DNA from: an uncultured Roseicyclus sp. | GTDB taxonomy: Bacteria > Pseudomonadota > Alphaproteobacteria > Rhodobacterales > Rhodobacteraceae | DNA length: 64,000 bases | Direction: 5' to 3' | Assembly: GCA_937139335.1 (NCBI GenBank) | Contig: CAKZPN010000006.1 | Coordinates: forward strand, 59,959-123,958 | In this document: in pieces, positions 9,086 through 19,449 of the stretch | Layout of the letters: every line of letters starts with the position of its first letter | How positions within the stretch are numbered: the stretch's first letter is position 1 | The notes under the pieces: model-generated | Databases searched by the model: none | Told to the model about the DNA's origin: nothing | Seen by the model: only the letters and a program-made list of their open reading frames with translations | Made by a program: the position numbers and the translations under genes

Positions 9086-10132
9086 TCATGGACGTATCGC
9101 GTCCATCAGGGCCTCGGCCTCAGGTGCCACCGCCATCCACGCATCCCGTGCTTCGCTCAGCATCAGCTCTGCGTCTTCCCATCCGAGAGGGTCGATCTCG
9201 CGCCCCTGAGCCCCGGTCGCCTCGACGAAAGCCGGGTCCTGAAGAGCGGCCCAGACTGCCTGCCGAAGGCAGTCGAGCCGGTCGGCACTCATCGCTGCAG
9301 AGGTAACGAGACCCCGCTGGGTCGAGCTGAGGCTGATCGCCGCCCGGGCGGCGTCCATCCGGGCCTGGCGCTCCTCTTCCGAAAGCCCGGCCGCTCGCAT
9401 CATCACCAGCCCCGCGTCGCCGCCGACAAGCGGCGCCTCGGGCGCTGCGCCGGCGGGTTGGTCATCCAACACTGCGGCGACGGTCAGGCCGTTCTGGCTG
9501 AGGTTTCGTAGCGCAGACCCCATTGATTGCGAGGTGAAATCGACCTCGCCGCGCAGGACGGCCGCGGTGTTGTCGGAGGTGCCTTCGTAACCGGCGATGA
9601 CCCGGACATCGAGGCCGAGGGCGCGCGCGACGAGGCCGATGTCGAGGATGCTGGACTGCAGGGTGCCGCCGCTGGCGATCAGGGTGGTCAGCTCCGGGTC
9701 CGAAAGATCAAGGTCTGGCGGCCCGATCCAGGCCCTTGGTTCGCTGACCACCAGGGCCACTGCGGCGAAATCATCCGGCGTCACGTCGTTGCTGACGGCA
9801 TCGGTGTTCGTCACGATATCGATGAAATTGTCGAGCAGCATCAGGATCTCGTCGTCGCCCTGTCGGGCGACCTCGGTCGAGGCGATGAGGCCGCCGCCAC
9901 CGGGCATGTTCACGACCCGGACGTGCGTGCCGATCGCCTCTGCGAGGGGTGGCGCCAAAGCTCTCGCATAGGTGTCGTAGCCGCCGCCCGCGCTGTTCGG
10001 GACCACTATGGACATCGGCGCGTCAGACAGCTGGTCGATGCAGGCTTGGGACAGGTCTTGTGCAACGGCCTGTGTCGCCAGCAAACCCACTCCGGCTCCA
10101 GTGATGATTTCTGCGGCAGTCGGTAATCTCAT
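9086..10132 (-). CDS. tctC: TctC/Bug family periplasmic solute-binding protein
   Basis: 348 aa. Signal peptide ...LLATQAVAQ, then SIVVPNSAGGGYDTYARALAP, typical of the Bug/TctC family. Lies 35 nt upstream of the fused permease. Confidence 0.85.
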   Translation of the reverse strand: MRLPTAAEIITGAGVGLLATQAVAQDLSQACIDQLSDAPMSIVVPNSAGGGYDTYARALAPPLAEAIGTHVRVVNMPGGGGLIASTEVARQGDDEILMLLDNFIDIVTNTDAVSNDVTPDDFAAVALVVSEPRAWIGPPDLDLSDPELTTLIASGGTLQSSILDIGLVARALGLDVRVIAGYEGTSDNTAAVLRGEVDFTSQSMGSALRNLSQNGLTVAAVLDDQPAGAAPEAPLVGGDAGLVMMRAAGLSEEERQARMDAARAAISLSSTQRGLVTSAAMSADRLDCLRQAVWAALQDPAFVEATGAQGREIDPLGWEDAELMLSEARDAWMAVAPEAEALMDAIRP

Positions 10133-10261
10133 CGCTCAATTCCAACAATTTTCGTCAACTTGCCGCACTGTGTTGGCCTCGTTACGTTAAGTCAATTGAT
10201 GGCGGCGGTCCGGAGGCGGCAATCCCACCTCCGTTGCCGCGGGGCTTCGTAGGACGAAAAT

Positions 10262-11299
10262 ATGATCACGTTTCTTGTATCCGACCTCAATCGAAACCCC
10301 CTCAGGCGGCTGATCGGCCGCACCCGCGGGCACCTTCCGGCCATGCAGACCTTGACCTACGATCGGGCCTTCCGCCGCCTTCAGGTTCCAGGCGGCACAC
10401 TGGTCTTCACCGATTTCGACCTGCTGACCGACTTCGAACTCGACGCCGCCGGCGCAATCGCCGCTGCGGCCAAGGCGGCAGGTCCCGTGGTGCGGATATT
10501 GAACACCCCGTCCGCGGCGCTCGAGCGGGCCGCCATGCTGCGCCACCTTCATTCCCGAGGCTTGAACCCGGTGGAGGTGACGCGGATCGAGGACGAAAAG
10601 CCCCGCCGTTATCCTGTCTTCATCCGGCTTCAGGGCGGCTGCGAGCGCCCCGATACCGGTCTTTTGCATACGGAGGAGGAATACCAGGGGGCGCTCGACG
10701 CCCTCCGCGCCGAAGGGCGGTCCCTGCGGGGCCGGATCGCAGTGTCCTACGAGGCGGCGCCCGACGCCGCGGGCCATTTCCGCAAGTTCGGCGCTTTCCG
10801 GGTCGGCGACCACATCGTGCCACAGCACATCCTGCGGGGCACGGGGTGGTACGTGAAGCGCTCCGACAAGACGGCCGACGACGCATTCGCCGAAGAGGAA
10901 CTGGCCTACGTCCGCGACAATCCCCACAAGGACGCCCTTCTGAAGCTGTTCGACGCCGCCGGCTACCAATACGGCCGCGCCGATTACACGATACGGAACG
11001 GCGAGGTGGTGTTGTTCGAGATCAATTCCAATCCGAGCTATCCGAACCTGACCAGAGCGTGGAAACACCGGTCAACACGACACCAGATCTTGATGGAGCG
11101 CCTGGACGCCGCCTTCCGGTCGATCGATCTGGCGGCGGACGGCAGGGCTGTGCCTTTCGATCTGAACCTGGCGATCGGCCACAACGTCTCGCGCCGCCGC
11201 TGGAACCCGCTGGTCTCCGTGCTTTGGAAACGGCGGCTGACCGCCAAATCGAAACGAGCGGCCATCGGGTGGGGCGAGCGGGCAGAAGCCGCGTCATGA
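10262..11299 (+). CDS. hypothetical protein, possible ATP-grasp fold
   Basis: 345 aa with high GC3. The C-terminal GRADYTIRNGEVVLFEINSNP resembles the ExN Mg-ATP element of ATP-grasp enzymes. Its stop overlaps the next start (ATGA at 11296-11299). Confidence 0.6.
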   Translation: MITFLVSDLNRNPLRRLIGRTRGHLPAMQTLTYDRAFRRLQVPGGTLVFTDFDLLTDFELDAAGAIAAAAKAAGPVVRILNTPSAALERAAMLRHLHSRGLNPVEVTRIEDEKPRRYPVFIRLQGGCERPDTGLLHTEEEYQGALDALRAEGRSLRGRIAVSYEAAPDAAGHFRKFGAFRVGDHIVPQHILRGTGWYVKRSDKTADDAFAEEELAYVRDNPHKDALLKLFDAAGYQYGRADYTIRNGEVVLFEINSNPSYPNLTRAWKHRSTRHQILMERLDAAFRSIDLAADGRAVPFDLNLAIGHNVSRRRWNPLVSVLWKRRLTAKSKRAAIGWGERAEAAS

Positions 11300-12117
11300 C
11301 CCTGCCGATCTTCTATAATAGTCTGGATCGCCGAACCGACCGACGAACCTACATGGAAGAACAGCTCGGCGCCCTTGGCCTGTCCGCAGAACGGCATTCG
11401 GCGGTGGACATGACCGAGGTCGACGAGGACGAGCTGTCGCGGACCGTCGACTTCCGGATGCCCCGCATCCACATGAGTGTGCAGAGCGCGTGCAATGCCG
11501 TGTCGCATCTGGAAATGCATCGCCGGTTTCTCGAAACCGGCGCGCCGATGGCGCTGATGCTCGAGGATGACGTGGCTCTGGCGCAGGATATTCCCGCTCT
11601 GGTCAGGTCCGCGGAGTGGCTGCCGGTTGGCGTCGGCGTGGTCCAGCTTGAACGATACCGGCCGGGCAGATCTCCGCGGCTGGTCGGTCCCCCGATGGCA
11701 GAGCCGGTGCCGGGGCGACAGATCCGGCTCATCTACTCCCGCACCGGCGGCTCTGCCTGTTACCTGATCACGAGGCAGGCGGCGGCGCTGGTGGCCGGTA
11801 ACGCCGGGCGGCTCACGACACCGATCGACCACCTGCTCTTCAGTCCCAACGCGTCGCCCCTGTTCCGTCGGCTCGGCGTGGCCGTGATGATGCCGGCACC
11901 TGCAAGGCAGAACGAGGAGAAGTTCGCCTCCGATATCGCGGCGGCGCGTGAGGAGCGGCGCAAGACGGCTCTCGGACGTCTGCGCCGGGCTTGGTTCGAA
12001 ATCAATTGCCTGCCGCGGCAGGTGATGCAGATGGCCCAAGGCGCGCGATGGGAGCCGTTCGCCTATGCGGAAATGCCTGAGACCAGCGGCGAAGGACGAG
12101 GGCCCGCCGCTTCGTGA
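11296..12117 (+). CDS. glycosyltransferase family 25 (LPS/LOS-type) protein
   Basis: In-frame ATG at 11296 inside ORF 10234..12117. IFYNSLDRRTDRRTYMEEQL...AVD and LMLEDDVAL are characteristic of Glyco_transf_25. Confidence 0.8.
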   Translation: MTLPIFYNSLDRRTDRRTYMEEQLGALGLSAERHSAVDMTEVDEDELSRTVDFRMPRIHMSVQSACNAVSHLEMHRRFLETGAPMALMLEDDVALAQDIPALVRSAEWLPVGVGVVQLERYRPGRSPRLVGPPMAEPVPGRQIRLIYSRTGGSACYLITRQAAALVAGNAGRLTTPIDHLLFSPNASPLFRRLGVAVMMPAPARQNEEKFASDIAAAREERRKTALGRLRRAWFEINCLPRQVMQMAQGARWEPFAYAEMPETSGEGRGPAAS

Positions 12118-12136
12118 CAGGAGGACTCTGGTCCGG

Positions 12137-12156
12137 GGGGCGGCACGTGCCGTCCC
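12137..12156. terminator. GC-rich palindromic stem-loop between convergent genes
   Basis: GGGGCGGC-ACGT-GCCGTCCC: an 8-bp stem with one G.U pair, and no U-tract. It is the only structure in the 93-nt gap between the GT25 and LysR stop codons. Confidence 0.3.
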
Positions 12157-12210
12157 GTCCTGTCGACGCATTCCGCCGACTATCGCCGCGCCACCGATCC
12201 GATGCCTGCA

Positions 12211-13068
12211 TCAGAGCTGCGGCAGGAGACGCCGGACGTGCTCGGCAAATGCCGTGACAGCCACTGACCGTCCCTGCTGCGCGACGCCGACGTGCAGGCC
12301 GATCTCGGGAAGAGCCGGAAGAGTTGTATCCTGAATGAACAGATCGGGCGGCACCGCCGTCTGCGTAAAGACGCTGATCGCCAGCCCCGACCGGGCGATG
12401 GCGATCAGGCCGGCCATGCTGTCGCTGGCAAAGGATACCCTATATGCGATGCCAGCTTTCTCAAGCGCTGCGCAGGCCGCCTTGTGATCGAGCGTGTTCG
12501 AAGACGACAAGGCCAGCGGCACCGGTTCCCCGAAATCCGCCAGCGGCACGTCCGCACGGTTCGCGACCCACACCAGCCGTTCTTTGCGCAGGATCGACCC
12601 CGAAGCCGCTGCCTCCGAAGACGACATCAGCGCCACATCAACCTGTTGTTGCCCAAGCAGCTTGCGCAACTCGGTCGTGGGGGCTGCCACGACCGTGACC
12701 TCGACCGCCGGATGCGCAGCGCCGAAGCGTTGCAGAAGGGCGGGACCGAAGGCGACCAGATAGTCCTCGGGGCAGCCGAAGCTGATCGAGCCATGGATGC
12801 CTTTTCGCGTGTATTCCGCAACCGCGTCGTCATGGGTGCGCAGGATCCGCTCCGCGTAGACCAGGAACCGCTCGCCGCTGTTGGTGGGACGGACGCCGCT
12901 GCCGGACCGGTGGAGCAGTTTCTGGCCAAGGGCGTCTTCCAGGCGCTGGATCTGCATCGTCACCGCGGATTGGGTGCGCAGAACCTGCACCGCCGCAGCG
13001 CTCAGCGACCCCGACCGCGCCGCGGAGACAAAGGTGCGCAACAGGCGCAGGTCGAGGGTGTCGGGCAT
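12211..13068 (-). CDS. dgdR: LysR family regulator, DgdR-like
   Basis: ORF 12211..13104 trimmed to the ATG at 13068 (MPDTLDLRLLRTFV...). Divergent from dgdA, matching the known dgdR-dgdA arrangement. Confidence 0.8.
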   Translation of the reverse strand: MPDTLDLRLLRTFVSAARSGSLSAAAVQVLRTQSAVTMQIQRLEDALGQKLLHRSGSGVRPTNSGERFLVYAERILRTHDDAVAEYTRKGIHGSISFGCPEDYLVAFGPALLQRFGAAHPAVEVTVVAAPTTELRKLLGQQQVDVALMSSSEAAASGSILRKERLVWVANRADVPLADFGEPVPLALSSSNTLDHKAACAALEKAGIAYRVSFASDSMAGLIAIARSGLAISVFTQTAVPPDLFIQDTTLPALPEIGLHVGVAQQGRSVAVTAFAEHVRRLLPQL

Positions 13069-13142
13069 ATCAAAAACCCTGATATCGGTGTTCCAAGTTA
13101 TCAATTTTACTCAAGCTGGCGCGGGAGTCTAACGTTGATTGA

Positions 13143-14474
<1,332 letters not shown>

Positions 14475-14617
14475 GTGGAGCGCAGGTTAGGGGCGGTGCC
14501 TGGTCGTCCGTCGCATCGCCTCGAGCGCCGAGGCGCTAGCCGGATTCTCCGAATGACTTGCCAGATCGTCCAGACTGGTAGGTTCCCGGCTTTCCGATCC
14601 CCCAAATTCGTGGGAAA

Positions 14618-15541
14618 ATGGGCACCATGGACACGCTCGCCCTCCTCACCGACATCGTTGGCCGCCATGCGCCCAAGGACGGGTTCAACCCTGTTCCCTT
14701 GCCGGGGGTGACGCTGATCCGCGCGTCGTCTCCGACGCAGCCGATGCCGATCATCTACCAGCCGACCCTGTGCATCATCGCTCAGGGACGCAAGCGCGCG
14801 GTGCTGGGAGACGCGGCGTTCATCTATGGCCCCGCGAGCTATCTGATGGCCTCGGTCGACTTGCCCATCATGGGCGCAGTTGCCGAGGCGACGCCCGAAC
14901 ATCCGTATCTTTGTGTTCAGATCGACCTCGACAGGGACATCTTGAGCGAACTCGTCCTGCGCTACCCGGCCGCACAGGGCGATATGGAAGAGCAGGTGTC
15001 GGGTCTTGCCATCCGCCAGACGAGCCCCGCGCTGCTGGACGCGACGGTCCGTCTGGCCAGCTTGCTGGATACGCCGGATGATATCGAGGCGATCGCGCCC
15101 CTGACGGTTCGGGAAATCCTCTATCGCCTGTTGACCGGGGCCAGTGGGCCCACCCTTCGGAAGATGGCGCAGGCAGACAGCCACCTGAACCAGATCGCCC
15201 GTGCGATCCTGTGGTTCCGGGCGCATTTCCACGAGTCCTGCCCGATCAGCGAAGCCGCAGAAGTCGCCGGCATGAGCCGGTCGAGTTTCCACGCGCATTT
15301 CAAGGCCATCACCTCGATGAGCCCGCTCGAGTTCCGCACCAGGCTGCGCCTGCAGGAGGCTCAGCGGCTGATGGTCGGCGACGCGCTCGATGCGGCAAGC
15401 GCGGGCTTCAAGGTCGGCTATGAAAGCCCGTCGCAGTTCAGTCGCGACTACGCCCGCACCTTCGGCATGCCGCCGGCGAGGCATTGCCATCAGATCCGCA
15501 ACGCCTCCGGAACCTGGTACACATCGGCGATTGCCGGGTGA
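14618..15541 (+). CDS. AraC family transcriptional regulator (AraC_N-type)
   Basis: 307 aa. It has the same architecture and many identical blocks as 2317..3240 (LCIIAQG.K, YL..SVDLP, MSRSSFHAHFKAITSMSPLEFR). Confidence 0.85.
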   Translation: MGTMDTLALLTDIVGRHAPKDGFNPVPLPGVTLIRASSPTQPMPIIYQPTLCIIAQGRKRAVLGDAAFIYGPASYLMASVDLPIMGAVAEATPEHPYLCVQIDLDRDILSELVLRYPAAQGDMEEQVSGLAIRQTSPALLDATVRLASLLDTPDDIEAIAPLTVREILYRLLTGASGPTLRKMAQADSHLNQIARAILWFRAHFHESCPISEAAEVAGMSRSSFHAHFKAITSMSPLEFRTRLRLQEAQRLMVGDALDAASAGFKVGYESPSQFSRDYARTFGMPPARHCHQIRNASGTWYTSAIAG

Positions 15542-15643
15542 CAGCACGCGGAGATGGCGGCGCCTCTTCTTGTCCCGGTACTACTGTGATTGCGCAATCC
15601 GCCGCGCCGTCGCGCCCGTGAACCTGTTGCACGATCCGCCAGA

Positions 15644-16579
15644 TCAGGGTGCCGAACGGGTCACGCCACGATCAACGGTCCGTGCGTAGCGCCGCGGCGC
15701 CGCGCCCATGATCCGCTTGAAGGCGGTGCTGAACGACGCCTCGGATTCGTAGCCGACCGACAGGGCGATTGCCGAGATGGGCTCCCGGCCGGTTGCAAGA
15801 CGTTCGCCCGCCACGGCCATGCGCCAGCGGATGAGATAATCCATCGGCGAGGTGCCGACGAGCGCCCTGAATCGTGCCGCGAAGGAAGAGCGCGACATGC
15901 CGGCGCGGCTGGCAAGGCTTTCGACCGTCCAGCGTTCCGTCGGGGCGCTGTGGATCGCGTGGAGGGCCTGGCTCACACGATCGTCGGCAAGCGCGAACAG
16001 CCACCCGATCCGGGCCTCGGCTTCTGCGGCCAGGTGCAAGCGCAAAGCTTCGATCAGCATGAGATGCGCCAAGTGATCGACGGCCAGAGTCCCGCCCGCT
16101 TGCGGCCCGCGCAACTCCGTCATGATCCGGCGGATCGACCACAGCAGCACATCTTGTTCCGGCGCGCTGCGGACGTGGACGATGGCCGGCAGCATCCCGA
16201 GCAGGAAGCCGGACTGGCTGCCGGAGAGAATGAAGCGGGTGCTGATCATGGAGAAACCATCGCCTCCGTTCAGGCGGATCATGCCTCCCGGTGTCACCGG
16301 ACGGAAGGCGTCGCCGGCATCGACCGGGTCCAGCGACAGATCGCTCGCCAGTCGAAAGGGCCGCCCGTGGGGCAGCAAGAAGCAATCGCCCTGGTCCAGA
16401 CGGATCGGCCCGGGGCTGCCCTCCACCTCGAGCCAGCACTGGCCCGAGATGATCGCACCGGTCTTGATGCCGCCCGTCAGGTCGGGAAACCGGATCGACC
16501 AGTCGCCGCCAGCCTCGAGCCCGGCGGCAAGGCTGTTTTGCGGTTTCAGGAGCGACAGCACGCTGGAGAGGGCATCCAT
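15644..16579 (-). CDS. AraC family transcriptional regulator with N-terminal cupin-type sensor
   Basis: ORF 15644..16723 trimmed to the ATG at 16579 (MDALSSVLSLLKP...). C-terminal HTH pair (MSRSSFAARFRALVGTSPMDYL...GYESEASFSTAFKR). Confidence 0.85.
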   Translation of the reverse strand: MDALSSVLSLLKPQNSLAAGLEAGGDWSIRFPDLTGGIKTGAIISGQCWLEVEGSPGPIRLDQGDCFLLPHGRPFRLASDLSLDPVDAGDAFRPVTPGGMIRLNGGDGFSMISTRFILSGSQSGFLLGMLPAIVHVRSAPEQDVLLWSIRRIMTELRGPQAGGTLAVDHLAHLMLIEALRLHLAAEAEARIGWLFALADDRVSQALHAIHSAPTERWTVESLASRAGMSRSSFAARFRALVGTSPMDYLIRWRMAVAGERLATGREPISAIALSVGYESEASFSTAFKRIMGAAPRRYARTVDRGVTRSAP

Positions 16580-16797
16580 TTCGGGCCTCGGACGAATGGA
16601 TAGGTCTGCACCGCATTTAACATTCCGATCGTCCGTGACGCAAGGCGGCCCTCGTATCGCCCGAGAGACTGTCTCTGCCTGCTGATTTGGACGAACGGAA
16701 AGAAACTTCGGAGCAATGCGCATGGATCATCCAGCTCCCGCTCCTTTATGACCCATGCAGGGTCACGATCCGACCCATTTCAGGAAAGGAACGGAAC

Positions 16798-17691
16798 ATG
16801 CGTGTGTTTGTGACCGGAGCGACCGGATTTGTCGGATCTGCGGTGGTGGCGGACCTGATCGCCCACGGGCATCAGGTTCTTGGCCTGGCCAGGTCCGACG
16901 CCGCGGCGGCGGCGCTGGTTCAGGCCGGCGCCGAGCCGCATCGAGGCGATCTGGAGGATTTGGACAGCCTTCGCCGCGGAGCCGACGCGGCCGATGGCGT
17001 CATCCATACCGGCTTCATCCATGACTTCGCCCGCTTTGCCGAGGTCTGCGCGGTGGACACCCGCGCAATCGAGACGCTCGGCGATGCGCTCGCCGGGACC
17101 GACAAGGCCCTGATCGTCACCGCCGGCGTCAGCTATGCCGGTGCGGGCGCGCTGGCGCTGGAAACCGATGCCCCGCCGCCGGCGTCAGAGGCGTATCCGA
17201 GGCTTTCGGAGAGCACAGCGGCAGCGGCGGCGGCCAAGGGCGTGCCGGTGTCAGTCGTGCGGCTTGCCCCGTCGGTGCATGGCGTGGGCGATCACGCGTT
17301 CGTGCCGCTCCTGATCGCCAAGGCGCGGGAAACCGGCGTGTCGGCCTATATCGGAGACGGCAGCAACCGGTGGTCGGCGGTGCATCGGCTGGATGCCGCT
17401 CCCTTGTTCCGGTTGGCGCTCGAGGCAGGCAGCCCGCATGCCACTTATCATGGCGTGGGCGAGGAGGGCATCGCGCTCCGCGATATCGCCCATGCGATCG
17501 GCCGGGGCCTGGGTCTGCCAGTCGCGTCCGTCGCCGCGGAGGCTGCGGGGGACCATTTCGGGTGGTTCCAATGGTTCGCCGCCCTGGACGTTGCAGCGTC
17601 AAGCGCCGCTACGCAGGCCAGCCTTGGCTGGCGCCCAGACCGCACGGGCCTGATCGCCGATCTCCAAACAGGCCACTACTTCGCCGGCTGA
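16798..17691 (+). CDS. NAD(P)-dependent epimerase/dehydratase-type (atypical SDR) oxidoreductase
   Basis: ATG at 16798 with AGGAAAGGA upstream. Begins MRVFVTGATGFVGSAVV (GxxGxxG). Divergent from the cupin-AraC gene. Confidence 0.85.
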   Translation: MRVFVTGATGFVGSAVVADLIAHGHQVLGLARSDAAAAALVQAGAEPHRGDLEDLDSLRRGADAADGVIHTGFIHDFARFAEVCAVDTRAIETLGDALAGTDKALIVTAGVSYAGAGALALETDAPPPASEAYPRLSESTAAAAAAKGVPVSVVRLAPSVHGVGDHAFVPLLIAKARETGVSAYIGDGSNRWSAVHRLDAAPLFRLALEAGSPHATYHGVGEEGIALRDIAHAIGRGLGLPVASVAAEAAGDHFGWFQWFAALDVAASSAATQASLGWRPDRTGLIADLQTGHYFAG

Positions 17692-17823
17692 CGCGCGCCC
17701 GGACGAGACGCGTGGACGATCGGGCAAGACTTGCGGAGGAAATGCCTACCACCTCGGCGGAATGGATAACCAGATTGAGGGCACGAACCGCGACCCTGTC
17801 GCCTTGACTTCAAGGACCAAGAC

Positions 17824-18891
17824 ATGCCTCACGCAACTTCCCTCGACACCTACCGTCTGCTCGGACGCTCCGGTCTGCGCGTCTCGCCTCTCTCGCTCGG
17901 AACCATGACCTTCGGCAACGACTGGGGCTGGGGTGCAGACGAGTCCGAGGCCGGCCGCATCCTCGACGCTTACGTCGACCGCGGCGGCAATTTCATCGAC
18001 ACCGCCGTCAACTATACGGGCGGCACCGCGGAACGCATCCTGAGCCGCCTGATCGCCGACAAGCGCGAACGCATCGTTCTGGCGACCAAGTTCACCATGG
18101 CGCGCGACCCCGGCAACCCCAACTCGGGCGGCAACCACCGGCTGAACCTCGTGCGCTCCGTGGAGGCCAGCCTGCGGCAGCTCGACACCGACCGGATCGA
18201 CCTGCTCTACGTCCACGCTTGGGACTTCACGACCTCGCCCGAAGAGATCATGCGCGCGCTCGATGATCTGGTCCGCGCCGGCAAGGTGCTTTACGTCGGC
18301 ATCTGCAACACGCCAGCCTGGCGGATCGCGCAGATGCAGACCCTGGCGGATCTGCGCGGCTGGTCGCCCTTCGTCGCGCTGCAGATCGAATACAGCCTCG
18401 TCGAGCGCACGGTGGAGCATGAACTGATGCCCATGGCGCAGGCCCTGGGGATGGGCGTTCTGCCCTGGTCGCCACTCGGCGGCGGCATCCTGACCGGCAA
18501 ATACAGCAAGGCCGATCTGTCCGACGAGAACGAGGCTGGCGTCTCGTCCGAGCGCAAGGGCATCATCGCCTCGACCGGTCATCTGACCGAACGTGCGCTG
18601 GGGATCGCGGATGTGGTTGGCGAGATTGCCGCCGAGACCGGCGCCAGCCGCTCGCAGGTCGCGCTCGCCTGGACACTGCGCCATCCAGCGGTGGTCTCGC
18701 CGATCATGGGCGCGCGCACGCTGGCGCAGGCCGAGGACAATCTCGACGCGCTCGACGTGGCGCTAAACGACGAGCATCTTGCACGCCTGGACGAAGCCAG
18801 CGCCCCGGCGCCGATCTTTCCCGGACGCTTCACCGACCGGCCGATGGTGCAGCAGCTGATCAGCGGCGGCGCAACGATCCGGGCGCGCTGA
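17824..18891 (+). CDS. aldo/keto reductase
   Basis: 355 aa with LGTMTFGNDWGWG, NFIDTA.NY and DLLYVHAWD blocks typical of the AKR family. Confidence 0.9.
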   Translation: MPHATSLDTYRLLGRSGLRVSPLSLGTMTFGNDWGWGADESEAGRILDAYVDRGGNFIDTAVNYTGGTAERILSRLIADKRERIVLATKFTMARDPGNPNSGGNHRLNLVRSVEASLRQLDTDRIDLLYVHAWDFTTSPEEIMRALDDLVRAGKVLYVGICNTPAWRIAQMQTLADLRGWSPFVALQIEYSLVERTVEHELMPMAQALGMGVLPWSPLGGGILTGKYSKADLSDENEAGVSSERKGIIASTGHLTERALGIADVVGEIAAETGASRSQVALAWTLRHPAVVSPIMGARTLAQAEDNLDALDVALNDEHLARLDEASAPAPIFPGRFTDRPMVQQLISGGATIRAR

Positions 18892-19075
18892 TGACCCCGA
18901 ACCGCCGCTGGAGGATGTCATGACACATCCCATGATCGCGATGGTCGCCGTCATCCTTGCCGCGACGACGGCAGAGGATCAATGCGCGCGACCTGCGGCA
19001 GACAAGGTGCAGGCGGAATCCGCCGTCTGTGCCCTTCCCATCGCTACCCCGAACACCGAGCTGACGGAGGACGAC

Positions 19076-19345
19076 ATGCAACAAAACGCAACGGCGCAGG
19101 AAACTCAGGCCCATCCCTATGTCGGTATGTGGGTCACCGAAGACGGCAGGATCCGGCATGAACTGCTCACCAACGGGCGGTATGACGAGGCGCGCGGCGT
19201 CCGTCGGAGCGCCTATGAAGGGCGCTACGAAGTCACCGGCTCCAGCATCTTCTACTGGGACGACACCGGCTTCACCGCCGACGGCGAGTTCGTCGACATG
19301 AACACGCTGCACCACGGTGGGATGATCTTTCGCCGCGAAGACTGA
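19076..19345 (+). CDS. Atu4866-domain small protein
   Basis: ATG at 19076 with GGAGGA 6 nt upstream. YVGMWVTEDGRIRHELLTNGRYDEARG...YEGRYEVTG..IFYWDDTGFTADGEF matches my recollection of the Atu4866 family. The 52-aa N-terminal extension of ORF 18920 is unlikely to be translated. Confidence 0.65.
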   Translation: MQQNATAQETQAHPYVGMWVTEDGRIRHELLTNGRYDEARGVRRSAYEGRYEVTGSSIFYWDDTGFTADGEFVDMNTLHHGGMIFRRED

Positions 19346-19449
19346 TCGATGACGCAACGCCGGTGCCGTCTGGCATCGGCGCTGTATGTCAGTCGCACAA
19401 CACGAACGCCGCGCGGGCGCGACCCCGCGCAACCCGGAGACCCCAAACC

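Noticed and set aside
7344-9209. Very long ORFs antisense to, or out of frame with, recognisable genes. Examples: 7344..9209, 7564..9066, 32084..33892, 38962..40608, 41458..43041, 43402..44832, 45732..47018, 50111..52123 and 54898..56538.
   Set aside because: They are Arg/Gly/Pro/Ala-rich and low in complexity, with no recognisable motifs. They lie opposite genes with strong family signatures. Long stop-free shadow frames like these are expected by chance in DNA of about 65% GC.
10234-11295. N-terminal 354 codons of the 627-aa ORF 10234..12117.
   Set aside because: This part is out of frame with, and overlaps, the better-supported 10262..11299 gene, and it translates to Arg/Pro-rich junk. 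GT25 homology begins only at the ATG at 11296, which overlaps the upstream stop.
18920-19075. 52-aa N-terminal extension of the Atu4866-domain ORF, which looks hydrophobic and signal-like (MIAMVAVILAATTA).
   Set aside because: The family domain starts after the ATG at 19076, which has a strong GGAGGA site. The upstream start has none and would begin 29 nt after the preceding gene. I cannot fully exclude a secreted longer form.
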